From assembly GCA_964649665.1 (NCBI GenBank), contig CAZYPU010000002.1:5855-69854 (forward strand): a stretch of DNA of 64,000 bases, given 5' to 3'. The notes beneath the pieces were generated by a model, which was not told where the DNA came from, made no database searches, and was given only the letters and a program-made list of their open reading frames with translations. The position numbers were made by a program, and so were the translations under genes. Source of the stretch: an uncultured Planctomycetia bacterium. GTDB lineage: Bacteria > Omnitrophota > Gorgyraeia > JABMRN01 > RBG-13-46-9. Positions 33,255-42,658 of this stretch are shown here, in pieces (the first letter of the stretch is position 1; each line of letters begins with the position of its first letter).

Positions 33255-34142
33255 ATGGAAGACGCGATAAAGAAATCGAGCGTTTTGATAGAGGCTTTAC
33301 CTTACATAAAGAAATTTTTTCATAAGATATTCGTGATCAAGTTCGGCGGCTCGGCGCTCGCCGATAAAAAAATAAGGAACAGCGTGCTTGAGGATATCGT
33401 GTTCATGAATTACGCCGGCATGAAGCCGGTGCTTGTCCACGGCGGAGGGCCTTTTATAAACGAAAAACTCAAAGACGCGAAGAAAAAGATCAGGTTTGTC
33501 GATGGCCTCAGGGTTACCGACAAAAAGACGATGGAAATCGTAGACAGCGCCCTTACGGAAGTAAACGCTGTCCTGGTGGATGAGATAAAAAAGATGGGTT
33601 CGGAAGCTTTCGGGCTCAGCGGAAAAGAGAACAAGCTTATAATTGCGAAAAAGATAAAGCACAGGGAGGACATCGGTTTCGCAGGCGCCGTTGAATCCGT
33701 GGATACGACAGTGCTCGGGAAACTTATAGACGATAATATTATTCCGGTGATCTCACCGGTAGCAATGGGCGCTGACGGCGAGCTTTATAACGTAAACGCC
33801 GACGAAGCGGCAAGCCGTATTGCCATGGCCCTTAAGGCCGAAAAGCTTTTTATCCTTACCAACGTAATGGGTATTATGAAGGAGCAGGGTGATCCCGGGA
33901 CGCTTTATCGTTCTTTAAGCCTTTCGGATGCGGAGGTGCTGATGAAAACGAAGATCATATCCGAAGGGATGATCCCGAAGGCAAGGGCGTGCACCAACGC
34001 CCTGGAAGACAAGGTAAGGAAAGCGCACATTATCGATGGCAATCTGTCTCACGCGCTTCTTCTCGAAATATTTACGGATAAAGGGATAGGTACGGAAATA
34101 ATTAAGCTGGGAAGGCGAACGAAAGCGACGGAAGGGTTATGA
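33255..34142 (+). CDS. argB: acetylglutamate kinase
   Basis: VIKFGGSAL, VLVHGGGP and NVNADEAA motifs. Confidence 0.9.
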   Translation: MEDAIKKSSVLIEALPYIKKFFHKIFVIKFGGSALADKKIRNSVLEDIVFMNYAGMKPVLVHGGGPFINEKLKDAKKKIRFVDGLRVTDKKTMEIVDSALTEVNAVLVDEIKKMGSEAFGLSGKENKLIIAKKIKHREDIGFAGAVESVDTTVLGKLIDDNIIPVISPVAMGADGELYNVNADEAASRIAMALKAEKLFILTNVMGIMKEQGDPGTLYRSLSLSDAEVLMKTKIISEGMIPKARACTNALEDKVRKAHIIDGNLSHALLLEIFTDKGIGTEIIKLGRRTKATEGL

Positions 34143-35323
34143 ACGCCAGAAACGTTATAGAGTTATACGACAAATACGTGATGCGGACATACACAAGGGT
34201 GCCGCTTGTTCTTGAGAAGGCGAAGGGCGCTCTTCTAGAGGATATCGAAGGAAAAAAATACCTGGATTTTTTTCCGGGATGGGCGGTAAGCGGGATAGGG
34301 CATTGCCACCCGAGCGTTGTGGCGGCAATTTCAAAGCAGGCGAAAAAGCTTATTCACGTTTCCAATAATTATTACAGCGCGCTTCAGGGGGCGCTTGCCG
34401 AAAAGATTATCGGGCATTCTTTTCCGGGAAAGGTGTTTTTCTGCAATTCCGGGGCAGAAGCCAACGAGGGAGCCGTTAAACTCGCCAGAAAATACGGCCA
34501 TAAAAGGGGAAGATACGAAGTTATAACTATGGATAAGTCCTTTCACGGAAGGACGCTCGCGATGATAGCGGCTACCGGGCAGGAGAAGGTTAAGCTCGGT
34601 TTTGAGCCTTTACCCGAAGGCTTCAGACATGTTCCGTTCGGCGACGCGCTCGCCCTGGAAAATGCCGTAACGAAGAAAACCGCGGCGGTAATGATGGAGC
34701 TTATCCAGTGCGAGGGCGGTATTAATATCGCGAAGGCCGAATACGTAAGAAAGGTGCGGGAAATCTGCGATAAAAACGATATAGTGCTTATTTTTGACGA
34801 GGTCCAGACAGGCATGGGTAGAACGGGCAAGATGTTCTGCTATCAAAATTATGGAATAAAGCCCGACGTGATTACGCTCGCGAAATCACTCGGCGGCGGG
34901 CTTCCCATAGGCGCCATTGTGGCAAGTTCCGAATTCGCCGATGTGCTGGGTCCCGGTTCACACGCCTCGACCTTCGGTGGTAGTCCCCTTGCCTCGGCCG
35001 CCGCGCTCGGGGTATTTAAAGCCATTGAAAAAGATAAATTGCTGCGAAACGCCGTAAAGCAGGGCAGGTATCTGGCGGGAAAGCTCAAAGCCCTTAAAAA
35101 GAAACACAATGTTATAAAAGGAGTGAGGGGCATTGCCCTGACGATCGGAGTTGAATTAACCATAGACGGCCAGGCGATATACGAGAAATGCCTCGAGAAG
35201 GGGCTTCTTATAAACTGCACGCAGAAAAATGTTTTAAGAATAATGCCCTCGCTTACTGTTACTAAGGCCGAGATCGATAAGGCGATGGCTATTTTGGAAA
35301 GCGTCATTGCGAGGGCGCGATAG
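34139..35323 (+). CDS. argD: acetylornithine aminotransferase (class III)
   Basis: NSGAEANEGA, LIFDEVQTGMGRTGK and TLAKSLGGGLP motifs. The last 6 codons and the stop lie inside a family-2 repeat. Confidence 0.9.
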   Translation: MNARNVIELYDKYVMRTYTRVPLVLEKAKGALLEDIEGKKYLDFFPGWAVSGIGHCHPSVVAAISKQAKKLIHVSNNYYSALQGALAEKIIGHSFPGKVFFCNSGAEANEGAVKLARKYGHKRGRYEVITMDKSFHGRTLAMIAATGQEKVKLGFEPLPEGFRHVPFGDALALENAVTKKTAAVMMELIQCEGGINIAKAEYVRKVREICDKNDIVLIFDEVQTGMGRTGKMFCYQNYGIKPDVITLAKSLGGGLPIGAIVASSEFADVLGPGSHASTFGGSPLASAAALGVFKAIEKDKLLRNAVKQGRYLAGKLKALKKKHNVIKGVRGIALTIGVELTIDGQAIYEKCLEKGLLINCTQKNVLRIMPSLTVTKAEIDKAMAILESVIARAR

Positions 35324-35382
35324 CGCCCGAAGCAATCCCAAACGATGAGATTGCTTCGGCGCCTTTGGCGCCTCGCAATGAC
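35303..35382. repeat. family-2 three-hairpin repeat overlapping the argD 3' end
   Basis: GTCATTGCGAG-[GGCGC gatag CGCCC]-[GAAGCAATC...GAGATTGCTTC]-[GGCGCC ttt GGCGCC]-TCGCAATGAC. The argD TAG stop is in the first loop. Confidence 0.8.
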
Positions 35383-35399
35383 AAGATGGGAATAAACAA

Positions 35400-36332
35400 A
35401 TGAAAATGACCAAAAGGAACCTGATATCTATAACAGACTTAACAAAAACCGAAATAGAAAACCTTTTTAAAACGGCAAAGGTCTTTAAAAAGGATCCCTT
35501 TTTAAAGAAAAGTGCGCTCGATTCAAAATCGATAGCGCTCGTATTCCAGAAGCCCTCCAACAGGACAAGGGTTTCTTTCGAGGTGGGCATGGTGGACCTC
35601 GGCGGGCACGCTACGTATCTGGGCCCGGAAGAGCTTGAATTAGGCGTCAGGGAATCCGTCAAGGACGTGGCGAGGGTTCTCTCAAGATATCTGGACGGCA
35701 TCGTGGCAAGGACCTTTAAGCACAAGGACCTTCTTGACATGGCGAAGTTTTCCTCTATTCCGGTTATAAACGGGCTGACGGATCTTCTTCATCCGTGTCA
35801 GGGCCTAAGCGACCTTTTTACGATTGAGGAAAAATTCGGCAAGAAAAAAATTAAAATATCATTTGTGGGAGACGGAAATAATGTCCTGAACTCGCTCCTT
35901 TTGGGCGCTGGCACGCTCGGAAGAGACATATTTGTCGCGACGCCGAAAGGGCACGGGCCAAAGGCCGAAATTCTGAAAGAGGCGAAAAAAATCGCCGCCG
36001 CGAACAAATCACTTGTGGAACTAACGAACGATCCCGGGGAATGCGTAAGGGGGGCGGACGTAATTTACACCGATGTATGGGTCAGTATGGGCCAGGAAAA
36101 AGAAAAAGAAAACAGGATAAAAACGTTCAGGGGATTTCAGGTAAACAAAGAGCTGGTTTCGCGCGCTAAAAAGGGTGTTTTAGTCATGCATTGCCTTCCC
36201 GCGCACAGGGGCGAAGAGATTACCGACGAGGTTATCGATGGAGAGAGTTCCATTGTTTACGAGCAGGCGGAAAACAGGCTCCACGTGCAGAAGGCGATAT
36301 TGTTAATGTTTCTGAACCAGGTTCAGACGTAA
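35400..36332 (+). CDS. argF: ornithine carbamoyltransferase
   Basis: FQKPSNRTRVSFE, HPCQ and HCLPAHRGEE motifs. Confidence 0.9.
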   Translation: MKMTKRNLISITDLTKTEIENLFKTAKVFKKDPFLKKSALDSKSIALVFQKPSNRTRVSFEVGMVDLGGHATYLGPEELELGVRESVKDVARVLSRYLDGIVARTFKHKDLLDMAKFSSIPVINGLTDLLHPCQGLSDLFTIEEKFGKKKIKISFVGDGNNVLNSLLLGAGTLGRDIFVATPKGHGPKAEILKEAKKIAAANKSLVELTNDPGECVRGADVIYTDVWVSMGQEKEKENRIKTFRGFQVNKELVSRAKKGVLVMHCLPAHRGEEITDEVIDGESSIVYEQAENRLHVQKAILLMFLNQVQT

Positions 36333-36377
36333 GCTTACGCGTGGACCCGGTTCATGAGGTGATGAAAGGGTATGGTA

Positions 36378-37559
36378 ATGAGTAAAAAAGTGGTGTTAGC
36401 CTATTCCGGCGGGTTGGATACCTCGGTTGCCGTAAGGTGGCTCAAGGAAAAAGGGTTCGAGGTTATCTGCTATCTGGCGAATGTGGGTCAGGGCAAGGAT
36501 ATTGCCGCTTCGAAAACGAGGGCAAAAAAAGCCGGCGCGAAGAAACTTATAGTGGGCGACTTAGAGAGGGAATTCGTCGAAGATTTTGTCTGGCCGAGCC
36601 TGAAGGCGAACGCGGTATATGAATCAAAATATTTTCTCGCTACGGCCCTTTCAAGGCCGCTTATCGCGAAAAAACTTGTTGAGGCGGCTCATAAAGAAGG
36701 CGCAAAGTACGTCGCCCACGGATGCACGGGCAAGGGCAATGACCAGGTAAGATTTGAGGTTACGATAGGGGCGCTTGACCCCTCCATCAGCGTGATAGCG
36801 CCCGTAAGGGAGTGGGAACTTGCCACCAGGGAAGCGGAGATAAGATACGCCGAGGTTCACGGCATACCGCTGGACGTTACGAAGAAAAAGCCATACAGTA
36901 TAGACAGAAATATCTGGGGCGTGAGCATAGAAAGCGGAAAGCTCGAAGACCCGTGGTACGAACCGGCCGAAGACGCCTATCAGCTGACGGGGCCGGTTGA
37001 GAAATCGCCGGACAAACCCTGTTACCTTAAGATAGAATTCAAAGGCGGCATCCCCGGAAAGATAAACGGGAAATCTTTAGGGGCCGTCGCGCTCATAAAG
37101 AAGCTGAACGAAATAGGCGCGAGGCATTCGATAGGCAGAACCGATTTGGTCGAGGATAGATTGGTCGGGATCAAATCAAGGGAAGTCTATGAGGCGCCGG
37201 CGGCGAGCATACTGCTCGAAGCGCACAGGGCGCTGGAGGCGCTCGTGCTGGACAGGGAGACGATTTATTTCAAGGAAATCGTCTCCCTGAAATACGCAAG
37301 GCTCATATACGACGGTTTATGGTATACGCCGCTTAAGGAAGCGATAGATAAATTCGTGGATTATACGCAGAAAGTCGTTGATGGGACGGTAAATGTGAAG
37401 CTCTACAAGGGAAGCGTTTCGGCCCCCGGCAGAAAATCGCCCAAATCCCTTTATAATAGGGAGCTTGCGACTTACGGCGAGGGCGACAAGTTCGACCAGT
37501 CCATGGCGAAGGGCTTTATCGAGCTTTTCGGGCTGCCGTATAGGAAGCGAAAAACGTAA
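36378..37559 (+). CDS. argG: argininosuccinate synthase
   Basis: VVLAYSGGLDTS P-loop-like motif. ATG at 36378 has better SD spacing than the one at 36372. Confidence 0.9.
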   Translation: MSKKVVLAYSGGLDTSVAVRWLKEKGFEVICYLANVGQGKDIAASKTRAKKAGAKKLIVGDLEREFVEDFVWPSLKANAVYESKYFLATALSRPLIAKKLVEAAHKEGAKYVAHGCTGKGNDQVRFEVTIGALDPSISVIAPVREWELATREAEIRYAEVHGIPLDVTKKKPYSIDRNIWGVSIESGKLEDPWYEPAEDAYQLTGPVEKSPDKPCYLKIEFKGGIPGKINGKSLGAVALIKKLNEIGARHSIGRTDLVEDRLVGIKSREVYEAPAASILLEAHRALEALVLDRETIYFKEIVSLKYARLIYDGLWYTPLKEAIDKFVDYTQKVVDGTVNVKLYKGSVSAPGRKSPKSLYNRELATYGEGDKFDQSMAKGFIELFGLPYRKRKT

Positions 37560-37607
37560 AGCGAAAAGCGAGAAACTAAAACTCAAAATTAAAAACTGGA
37601 GAAAAAA

Positions 37608-39002
37608 ATGACTAAAGAAGTATGGGGCGGGAGGTTTAAGAAAGATCTGGACCCCGAAATAAAAGAATTTACTTCCAGCATATCATATGACAAAAGGCTC
37701 GCTCATTATGATATAAAAGGCAGCATAGCGCATGCAAAGATGCTGGGCAAATGCGGGATTATTTCTAAACAAGAAAGTGCCAAACTTGTCAAGGGCCTGT
37801 CAAAGATTGATAGGAAGTTAAAAAAAGGTAAGTTAAAGATAGCGGAATCCAAATACGAAGATATCCATTTGGCCATAACGGGACTTTTAAAAAAAGAGTT
37901 ATCCGGAAATACATGGAAGAGGCTTCACGCAGCAAGATCAAGGAATGATCAAGTGGTCCTGGATTTAAGAATGTATTGTAAAGATGAAATAATTAATCTT
38001 GCAAAAACAATAAATTCTTTGCAAGTATGCATACTTTCCGGGGCGAAGAAATTTAGCAAAAAAAATACAACTATGCCATCGTATACACATTTGCAGCAAG
38101 CACAGTGCATTCTGTTGTCTCACCAGTTGCTTGCATATCTTGAAATGCTGGAAAGAGATAAGGAAAGATTGCAGGATGCATTCAAAAGAGTTGATGTAAT
38201 GCCGCTTGGCAGCGGTGCCCATAGGGGAACGGCTTTGCCGATAGATAGATTTTATGTGGCAAGGCAATTAGGGTTTTCTAAAGTTTCGGAAAACAGCATA
38301 GATGCAGTCAGCCAAAGAGATTTTGTAGCAGAGTTTCTTGCCGTACTAGCAGTACTTGCAATGCATCTATCGAGAATAGCGGAAGACTTTATTCTATGGT
38401 CCAGCACTGAATTCGGGTACATTACAGGAGACGATGCGCATTATACCGGTTCAACTATGATGCCTAATAAGAAAAACCCGGACCCATTGGAGATTATACG
38501 GGCATCTTCAGGCGAAGTTTATGGGAATCTTGTATCCATTCTTACACTGATGAAAGGATTGCCGCAAACCTATAATAGAGATATGCAGCTTGATAAACCG
38601 GCGTTGTTTAATGCAATAGATAAAACAAAAAAGTCATTAAAGATTCTAACGATAGTTCTATACGGCATAAAGATCAATGAGAACGTTCTTGAGAAAGCCT
38701 GTAAGAATGAATATATTTTTGCAGCTGATATATGCGAATATTTAGTGAAAAAAGGGTATTCCTGGTTTGATGCGCACAGGATAGTAGGTGAGCTGGTAAG
38801 ATATTCGTTGGATGAAAAAAAAGAAATAAGTGAACTTTCCGACTCAGAGCTTGAAAAGTCTTCTAAATGTTTAAATGAAAAAATTATAAAAAAGTTACTA
38901 AATCCCGTTAGCTCTGTAAATAGCGTTAAGTCATATGGCGGTACAAGCCCGTCTTCGGTAAAAAGACAGATAAAAAAGTGGAGTAAGACCTTAAGGGGAT
39001 AA
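37608..39002 (+). CDS. argH: argininosuccinate lyase
   Basis: Fumarate-lyase signature GSTMMPNKKNPD and SRNDQV. Markedly AT-rich compared with its neighbours. Confidence 0.9.
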   Translation: MTKEVWGGRFKKDLDPEIKEFTSSISYDKRLAHYDIKGSIAHAKMLGKCGIISKQESAKLVKGLSKIDRKLKKGKLKIAESKYEDIHLAITGLLKKELSGNTWKRLHAARSRNDQVVLDLRMYCKDEIINLAKTINSLQVCILSGAKKFSKKNTTMPSYTHLQQAQCILLSHQLLAYLEMLERDKERLQDAFKRVDVMPLGSGAHRGTALPIDRFYVARQLGFSKVSENSIDAVSQRDFVAEFLAVLAVLAMHLSRIAEDFILWSSTEFGYITGDDAHYTGSTMMPNKKNPDPLEIIRASSGEVYGNLVSILTLMKGLPQTYNRDMQLDKPALFNAIDKTKKSLKILTIVLYGIKINENVLEKACKNEYIFAADICEYLVKKGYSWFDAHRIVGELVRYSLDEKKEISELSDSELEKSSKCLNEKIIKKLLNPVSSVNSVKSYGGTSPSSVKRQIKKWSKTLRG

Positions 39003-39003
39003 T

Positions 39004-40248
39004 ATGCATCGCTTCAAATACAGAGGACGCTCGCTTTATTGCGAGAACGTAAGGATCGATGAAATAGCAAGGCGCGTGGGAAGCCCTCTGTATATTTACA
39101 GCAAGAACACCCTTCTTGATCACTACAGGCGCATAGAAAGGGCGCTTAGCGGCGCCTCACCCCTTATATGCTTCTCCGTGAAGAGCAATTCGAACCTTGC
39201 CATTCTCAAGGTTCTTCTCGGCGCGGGCGCGGGTCTCGATATTGTTTCCGGCGGCGAACTTTACCGCGCAAAAATGGTAAATGCCGATCCGAGAAAAATT
39301 GTATATGCCGGTGTAGGCAAAAAGCGGGATGAAATCATTAACGCCATAAGGTACGGCATATTTTTCTTCAATGTAGAGTCGCAGGAAGAGCTGGAGCTTT
39401 TAAATAAGTGCGCCGCGGAGATGCAGAGAAAAGTAAACGTCGCCGTGCGCATAAATCCGGACGTTGATGCCGCGACACATGATTATATAACCACGGGGAA
39501 GGCTCATACGAAGTTCGGGGTTGACTTCAAAACCGCCCGTGGTATCTTTCGTTCAAGCTGGAGGTACAGAAACGCCGTAATAAAAGGCGTGCATTTACAC
39601 ATAGGATCCCAGATTCTGAGTTCCCAGCCGTTCCATAACGCGATAAAAAAGGTGCTGGATTTCCTAAAAGAAAACAGAATTTTCATTGAATACCTCAATA
39701 TCGGAGGCGGAATGGGGATTGTGTATTCGCTTGAGAGGCCCCAGACGGCGGCGCGCTTCGCCGGGAGGATACTGCCGCTGGTCTTGAAAACCGGCCTGAA
39801 ACTTATTCTCGAGCCCGGCAGGTTCATTTCCGGCAATAGCGGGATAATGGTAACAAGGGTGCTGTACAGAAAGAAAACGTCACGTAAGAGATTTGTCATA
39901 GTGGACAGCGGCATGAACGACCTTATGAGGCCGAGCCTTTACAGCGCCCATCATACCCTTTTACCGGTTACGAAGCCGGCGAAGAACGCAAAGAGGGTAA
40001 AGTGCGATGTTGTGGGCCCTATCTGTGAGACGGGTGATTTTCTCGCCAGGGACAGGCTCCTGCCGCTCTTTAAGCAGGGAGACCTTATCGCCGTGATGGG
40101 CGCGGGCGCGTATGGCTATACCATGTCGTCAAACTATAATTCAAGGCCGCGCGCCCCGGAAGTAATGGTTGACGGAAGCAGATTTTCCGTTGTCAAGCGC
40201 AGGGAAAACTACAGGGATCTTGTGAGGGGAGAGTCTTCCGGGATATGA
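39004..40248 (+). CDS. lysA: diaminopimelate decarboxylase
   Basis: PLP-lysine context FSVKSN, GGGMGI, and EPGRF motifs of group IV decarboxylases. The ATG lies 1 nt after the argH stop. Confidence 0.9.
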   Translation: MHRFKYRGRSLYCENVRIDEIARRVGSPLYIYSKNTLLDHYRRIERALSGASPLICFSVKSNSNLAILKVLLGAGAGLDIVSGGELYRAKMVNADPRKIVYAGVGKKRDEIINAIRYGIFFFNVESQEELELLNKCAAEMQRKVNVAVRINPDVDAATHDYITTGKAHTKFGVDFKTARGIFRSSWRYRNAVIKGVHLHIGSQILSSQPFHNAIKKVLDFLKENRIFIEYLNIGGGMGIVYSLERPQTAARFAGRILPLVLKTGLKLILEPGRFISGNSGIMVTRVLYRKKTSRKRFVIVDSGMNDLMRPSLYSAHHTLLPVTKPAKNAKRVKCDVVGPICETGDFLARDRLLPLFKQGDLIAVMGAGAYGYTMSSNYNSRPRAPEVMVDGSRFSVVKRRENYRDLVRGESSGI

Positions 40249-41063
40249 AGATAGATTTCACGAAAGCCCAAGCCGCCGGGAACGATTTTATTATAGTTGA
40301 CAATACCGCCGGGGCCGTTACCGGGAAAATCGAGGATCTGGGCCGTTTCGCGAAATTCGCTTGCAAGAGGAAATATTCCCTCGGCGCCGACGGACTGCTT
40401 GTCCTGGAGGATTCGGCGGCGGCTGATTTTAAAATGAGAATTTTCAATCCCGACGGCTCCGAAGTTACAATGTGCGGAAACGGCATTCGCGCGAGCGCCC
40501 TCTACGCTTATAGCAGAAAATGGTGCAGCCTTTCCATGAAGATCGAAACCGGCGCCGGGATACTGGAGGCGTCCATAAACGGCGAAGCGGTCAGGGTAAA
40601 AATGACGCCGCCTAACAATATCGAGCTCGACCGTAACATAGGCGCCGGGAAGACAATAATTAATGTCCACGTGCTGAATACGGGCGTCCCGCACGCGGTG
40701 CATTTTGTAGATGATGTGGAAAAATACCCTGTTACGGAGATGGGCGGCAAGATAAGGTACCACAAGGTATTTGAGCCGGATGGGACAAACGCGAATTTTG
40801 TGCAGATTTCAGGAAAATCCGCGATAAAGGTGAGGACGTACGAAAGGGGCGTCGAGGACGAGACGCTTGCCTGCGGTACCGGCGTGGTCGCGTCGGCCGT
40901 TGTTTCGCATCTCGCGAACGGCATACAGCCGCCCGTAAGCGCCGTCACAAAAAGCGGCGACGTTCTAACCGTGCATTTCAAGAAAGAGCGCGACGCCTTT
41001 AGCGATGTTTATTTAGAGGGAAAAGCGCATATAGTTTTTAAGGGAGAGGTAGATTATGTTTAA
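40245..41063 (+). CDS. dapF: diaminopimelate epimerase
   Basis: Catalytic Cys motifs NPDGSEVTMCGNG and ETLACGTG. Confidence 0.9.
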   Translation: MKIDFTKAQAAGNDFIIVDNTAGAVTGKIEDLGRFAKFACKRKYSLGADGLLVLEDSAAADFKMRIFNPDGSEVTMCGNGIRASALYAYSRKWCSLSMKIETGAGILEASINGEAVRVKMTPPNNIELDRNIGAGKTIINVHVLNTGVPHAVHFVDDVEKYPVTEMGGKIRYHKVFEPDGTNANFVQISGKSAIKVRTYERGVEDETLACGTGVVASAVVSHLANGIQPPVSAVTKSGDVLTVHFKKERDAFSDVYLEGKAHIVFKGEVDYV

Positions 41064-41922
41064 AGGATCATTTGTCGCCATAGTAACCCCTTTTAAGCGG
41101 GGAAAAATAGATTACACAAAGTTCAGGGAGCTTGTGGAATTCCAGATCAAAAACGGCACCGACGGAATCGTGCCCGCCGGCTGCACCGGCGAGGCGGCAA
41201 CGCTTGCCCACGAGGAACAGAAAAAGCTTGTCAAATTTACGTGTGAAATAGTGAATAAAAGGGTTTCGGTTATAGGCGGAGCCGGCTCGAATAGCACTGC
41301 CGAGGCGGTTTGCCTGACAAAATACGCCAAGAGATCCGGCTGTGACGGAGTGCTATCCATAACGCCGTATTATAATAAGCCGACCCCCGAAGGCCAGTTC
41401 AGGCACTACAAGGCTGTCGCGAAAAGCGCGGACATACCCGTTATGGTTTACAACGTGCCTTCGCGCACGGGCATATCCATAAGTCCTCAAACCATCGCGC
41501 GGCTTTCAAAAATAGAAAATATCACCGCCATCAAGGAAGCCTCCGGCAGCCTGGACCAGGTAAGCCGGATTCTTTCGATGTGCGATATAACGGTATTAAG
41601 CGGCGACGACTCTCTTACGCTGCCGATGATGTCTATCGGAGCCAAAGGCGTGGTAAGTGTCGTGGCAAACCTCGTTCCCCGGGAGGTCCACAACATGGTA
41701 TCCTGCTTCCTTGAGGGAGACCTTGAACGGGCAAGAAAATTGCATTACCGGATACTGCCGCTCGCCGGGGCGATGTTCATAGAGACAAACCCGATACCGG
41801 TTAAGACGTCGATGAGGATGCTTAGAAGGCTGAATGGGGAATTCAGGCTGCCTCTCTGCGGCATGGAAAAAGAGAACGAAACAAAACTTAAAAAGGCCTT
41901 GAAAAAGTACGGACTGATATAA
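41056..41922 (+). CDS. dapA: 4-hydroxy-tetrahydrodipicolinate synthase
   Basis: GTDGIVPAGCTGEA, YNVPSRTG and IKEASG motifs. Confidence 0.9.
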   Translation: MFKGSFVAIVTPFKRGKIDYTKFRELVEFQIKNGTDGIVPAGCTGEAATLAHEEQKKLVKFTCEIVNKRVSVIGGAGSNSTAEAVCLTKYAKRSGCDGVLSITPYYNKPTPEGQFRHYKAVAKSADIPVMVYNVPSRTGISISPQTIARLSKIENITAIKEASGSLDQVSRILSMCDITVLSGDDSLTLPMMSIGAKGVVSVVANLVPREVHNMVSCFLEGDLERARKLHYRILPLAGAMFIETNPIPVKTSMRMLRRLNGEFRLPLCGMEKENETKLKKALKKYGLI

Positions 41923-41951
41923 GAAAGACCTGCGAGGTCAGACAGGTAAAA

Positions 41952-42656
41952 ATGACCAGGATAGTAGTCAGCGGCGCCGAAGGGCGAATGGGCAGGAGAA
42001 TTACCGAGCTTGCCCGAAAAAACCCTGAATTTGAAGTTGTAGCCGGACTCGAGTTAAAAGCGAATCCCGGTTTAAACATAGTGAGCGGTTTAAACGATAT
42101 CAAGGTCGATTATGACTGCATTATAGAATTTACAACACCCGAGGCAACGCTTAAACACCTAAAAGCGGCCGAGAAAGCTAAAAAAGGCATGGTTATCGGC
42201 ACGACAGGTTTTTCAGAAGAGGAATTCGGCGCCATAAAGAAGGCGTCGGGAGCCATACCGGTTATTTTTTCGCCGAACATGTCGGTCTCCGTAAATCTTT
42301 TGTTCAGCCTTATAAAAAAATCAGCCGGGATACTGGCCGCGCCTTACAGCGTGAGAATAAAGGAAACGCACCACGTACATAAGAAAGACAAGCCGAGCGG
42401 GACCGCGCGGGCCATGGCAGATATTGTAAGGGAAAATTCATCAAAGACAGACGTGCCGGTAGAGGCCGTGCGGGAAGGCGAAGTTGTCGGCGAGCATGAG
42501 ATAATTTTCGAAAGCGGTGAGGACGTGTTAAGAATTTCGCACAGCGCCAAGACAAGAGACATATTTGCGCTCGGGGCCTTAAAGGCGGCCGGATTTCTCG
42601 CGAAGAAAAAGAAGGGCCTTTTCTCCATGTCGGACGTATTGGGATTGAAGGAGTAA
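41952..42656 (+). CDS. dapB: 4-hydroxy-tetrahydrodipicolinate reductase
   Basis: ETHHVHKKDKPSGTA motif and N-terminal GAEGRMG. Confidence 0.9.
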   Translation: MTRIVVSGAEGRMGRRITELARKNPEFEVVAGLELKANPGLNIVSGLNDIKVDYDCIIEFTTPEATLKHLKAAEKAKKGMVIGTTGFSEEEFGAIKKASGAIPVIFSPNMSVSVNLLFSLIKKSAGILAAPYSVRIKETHHVHKKDKPSGTARAMADIVRENSSKTDVPVEAVREGEVVGEHEIIFESGEDVLRISHSAKTRDIFALGALKAAGFLAKKKKGLFSMSDVLGLKE

Positions 42657-42658
42657 GA

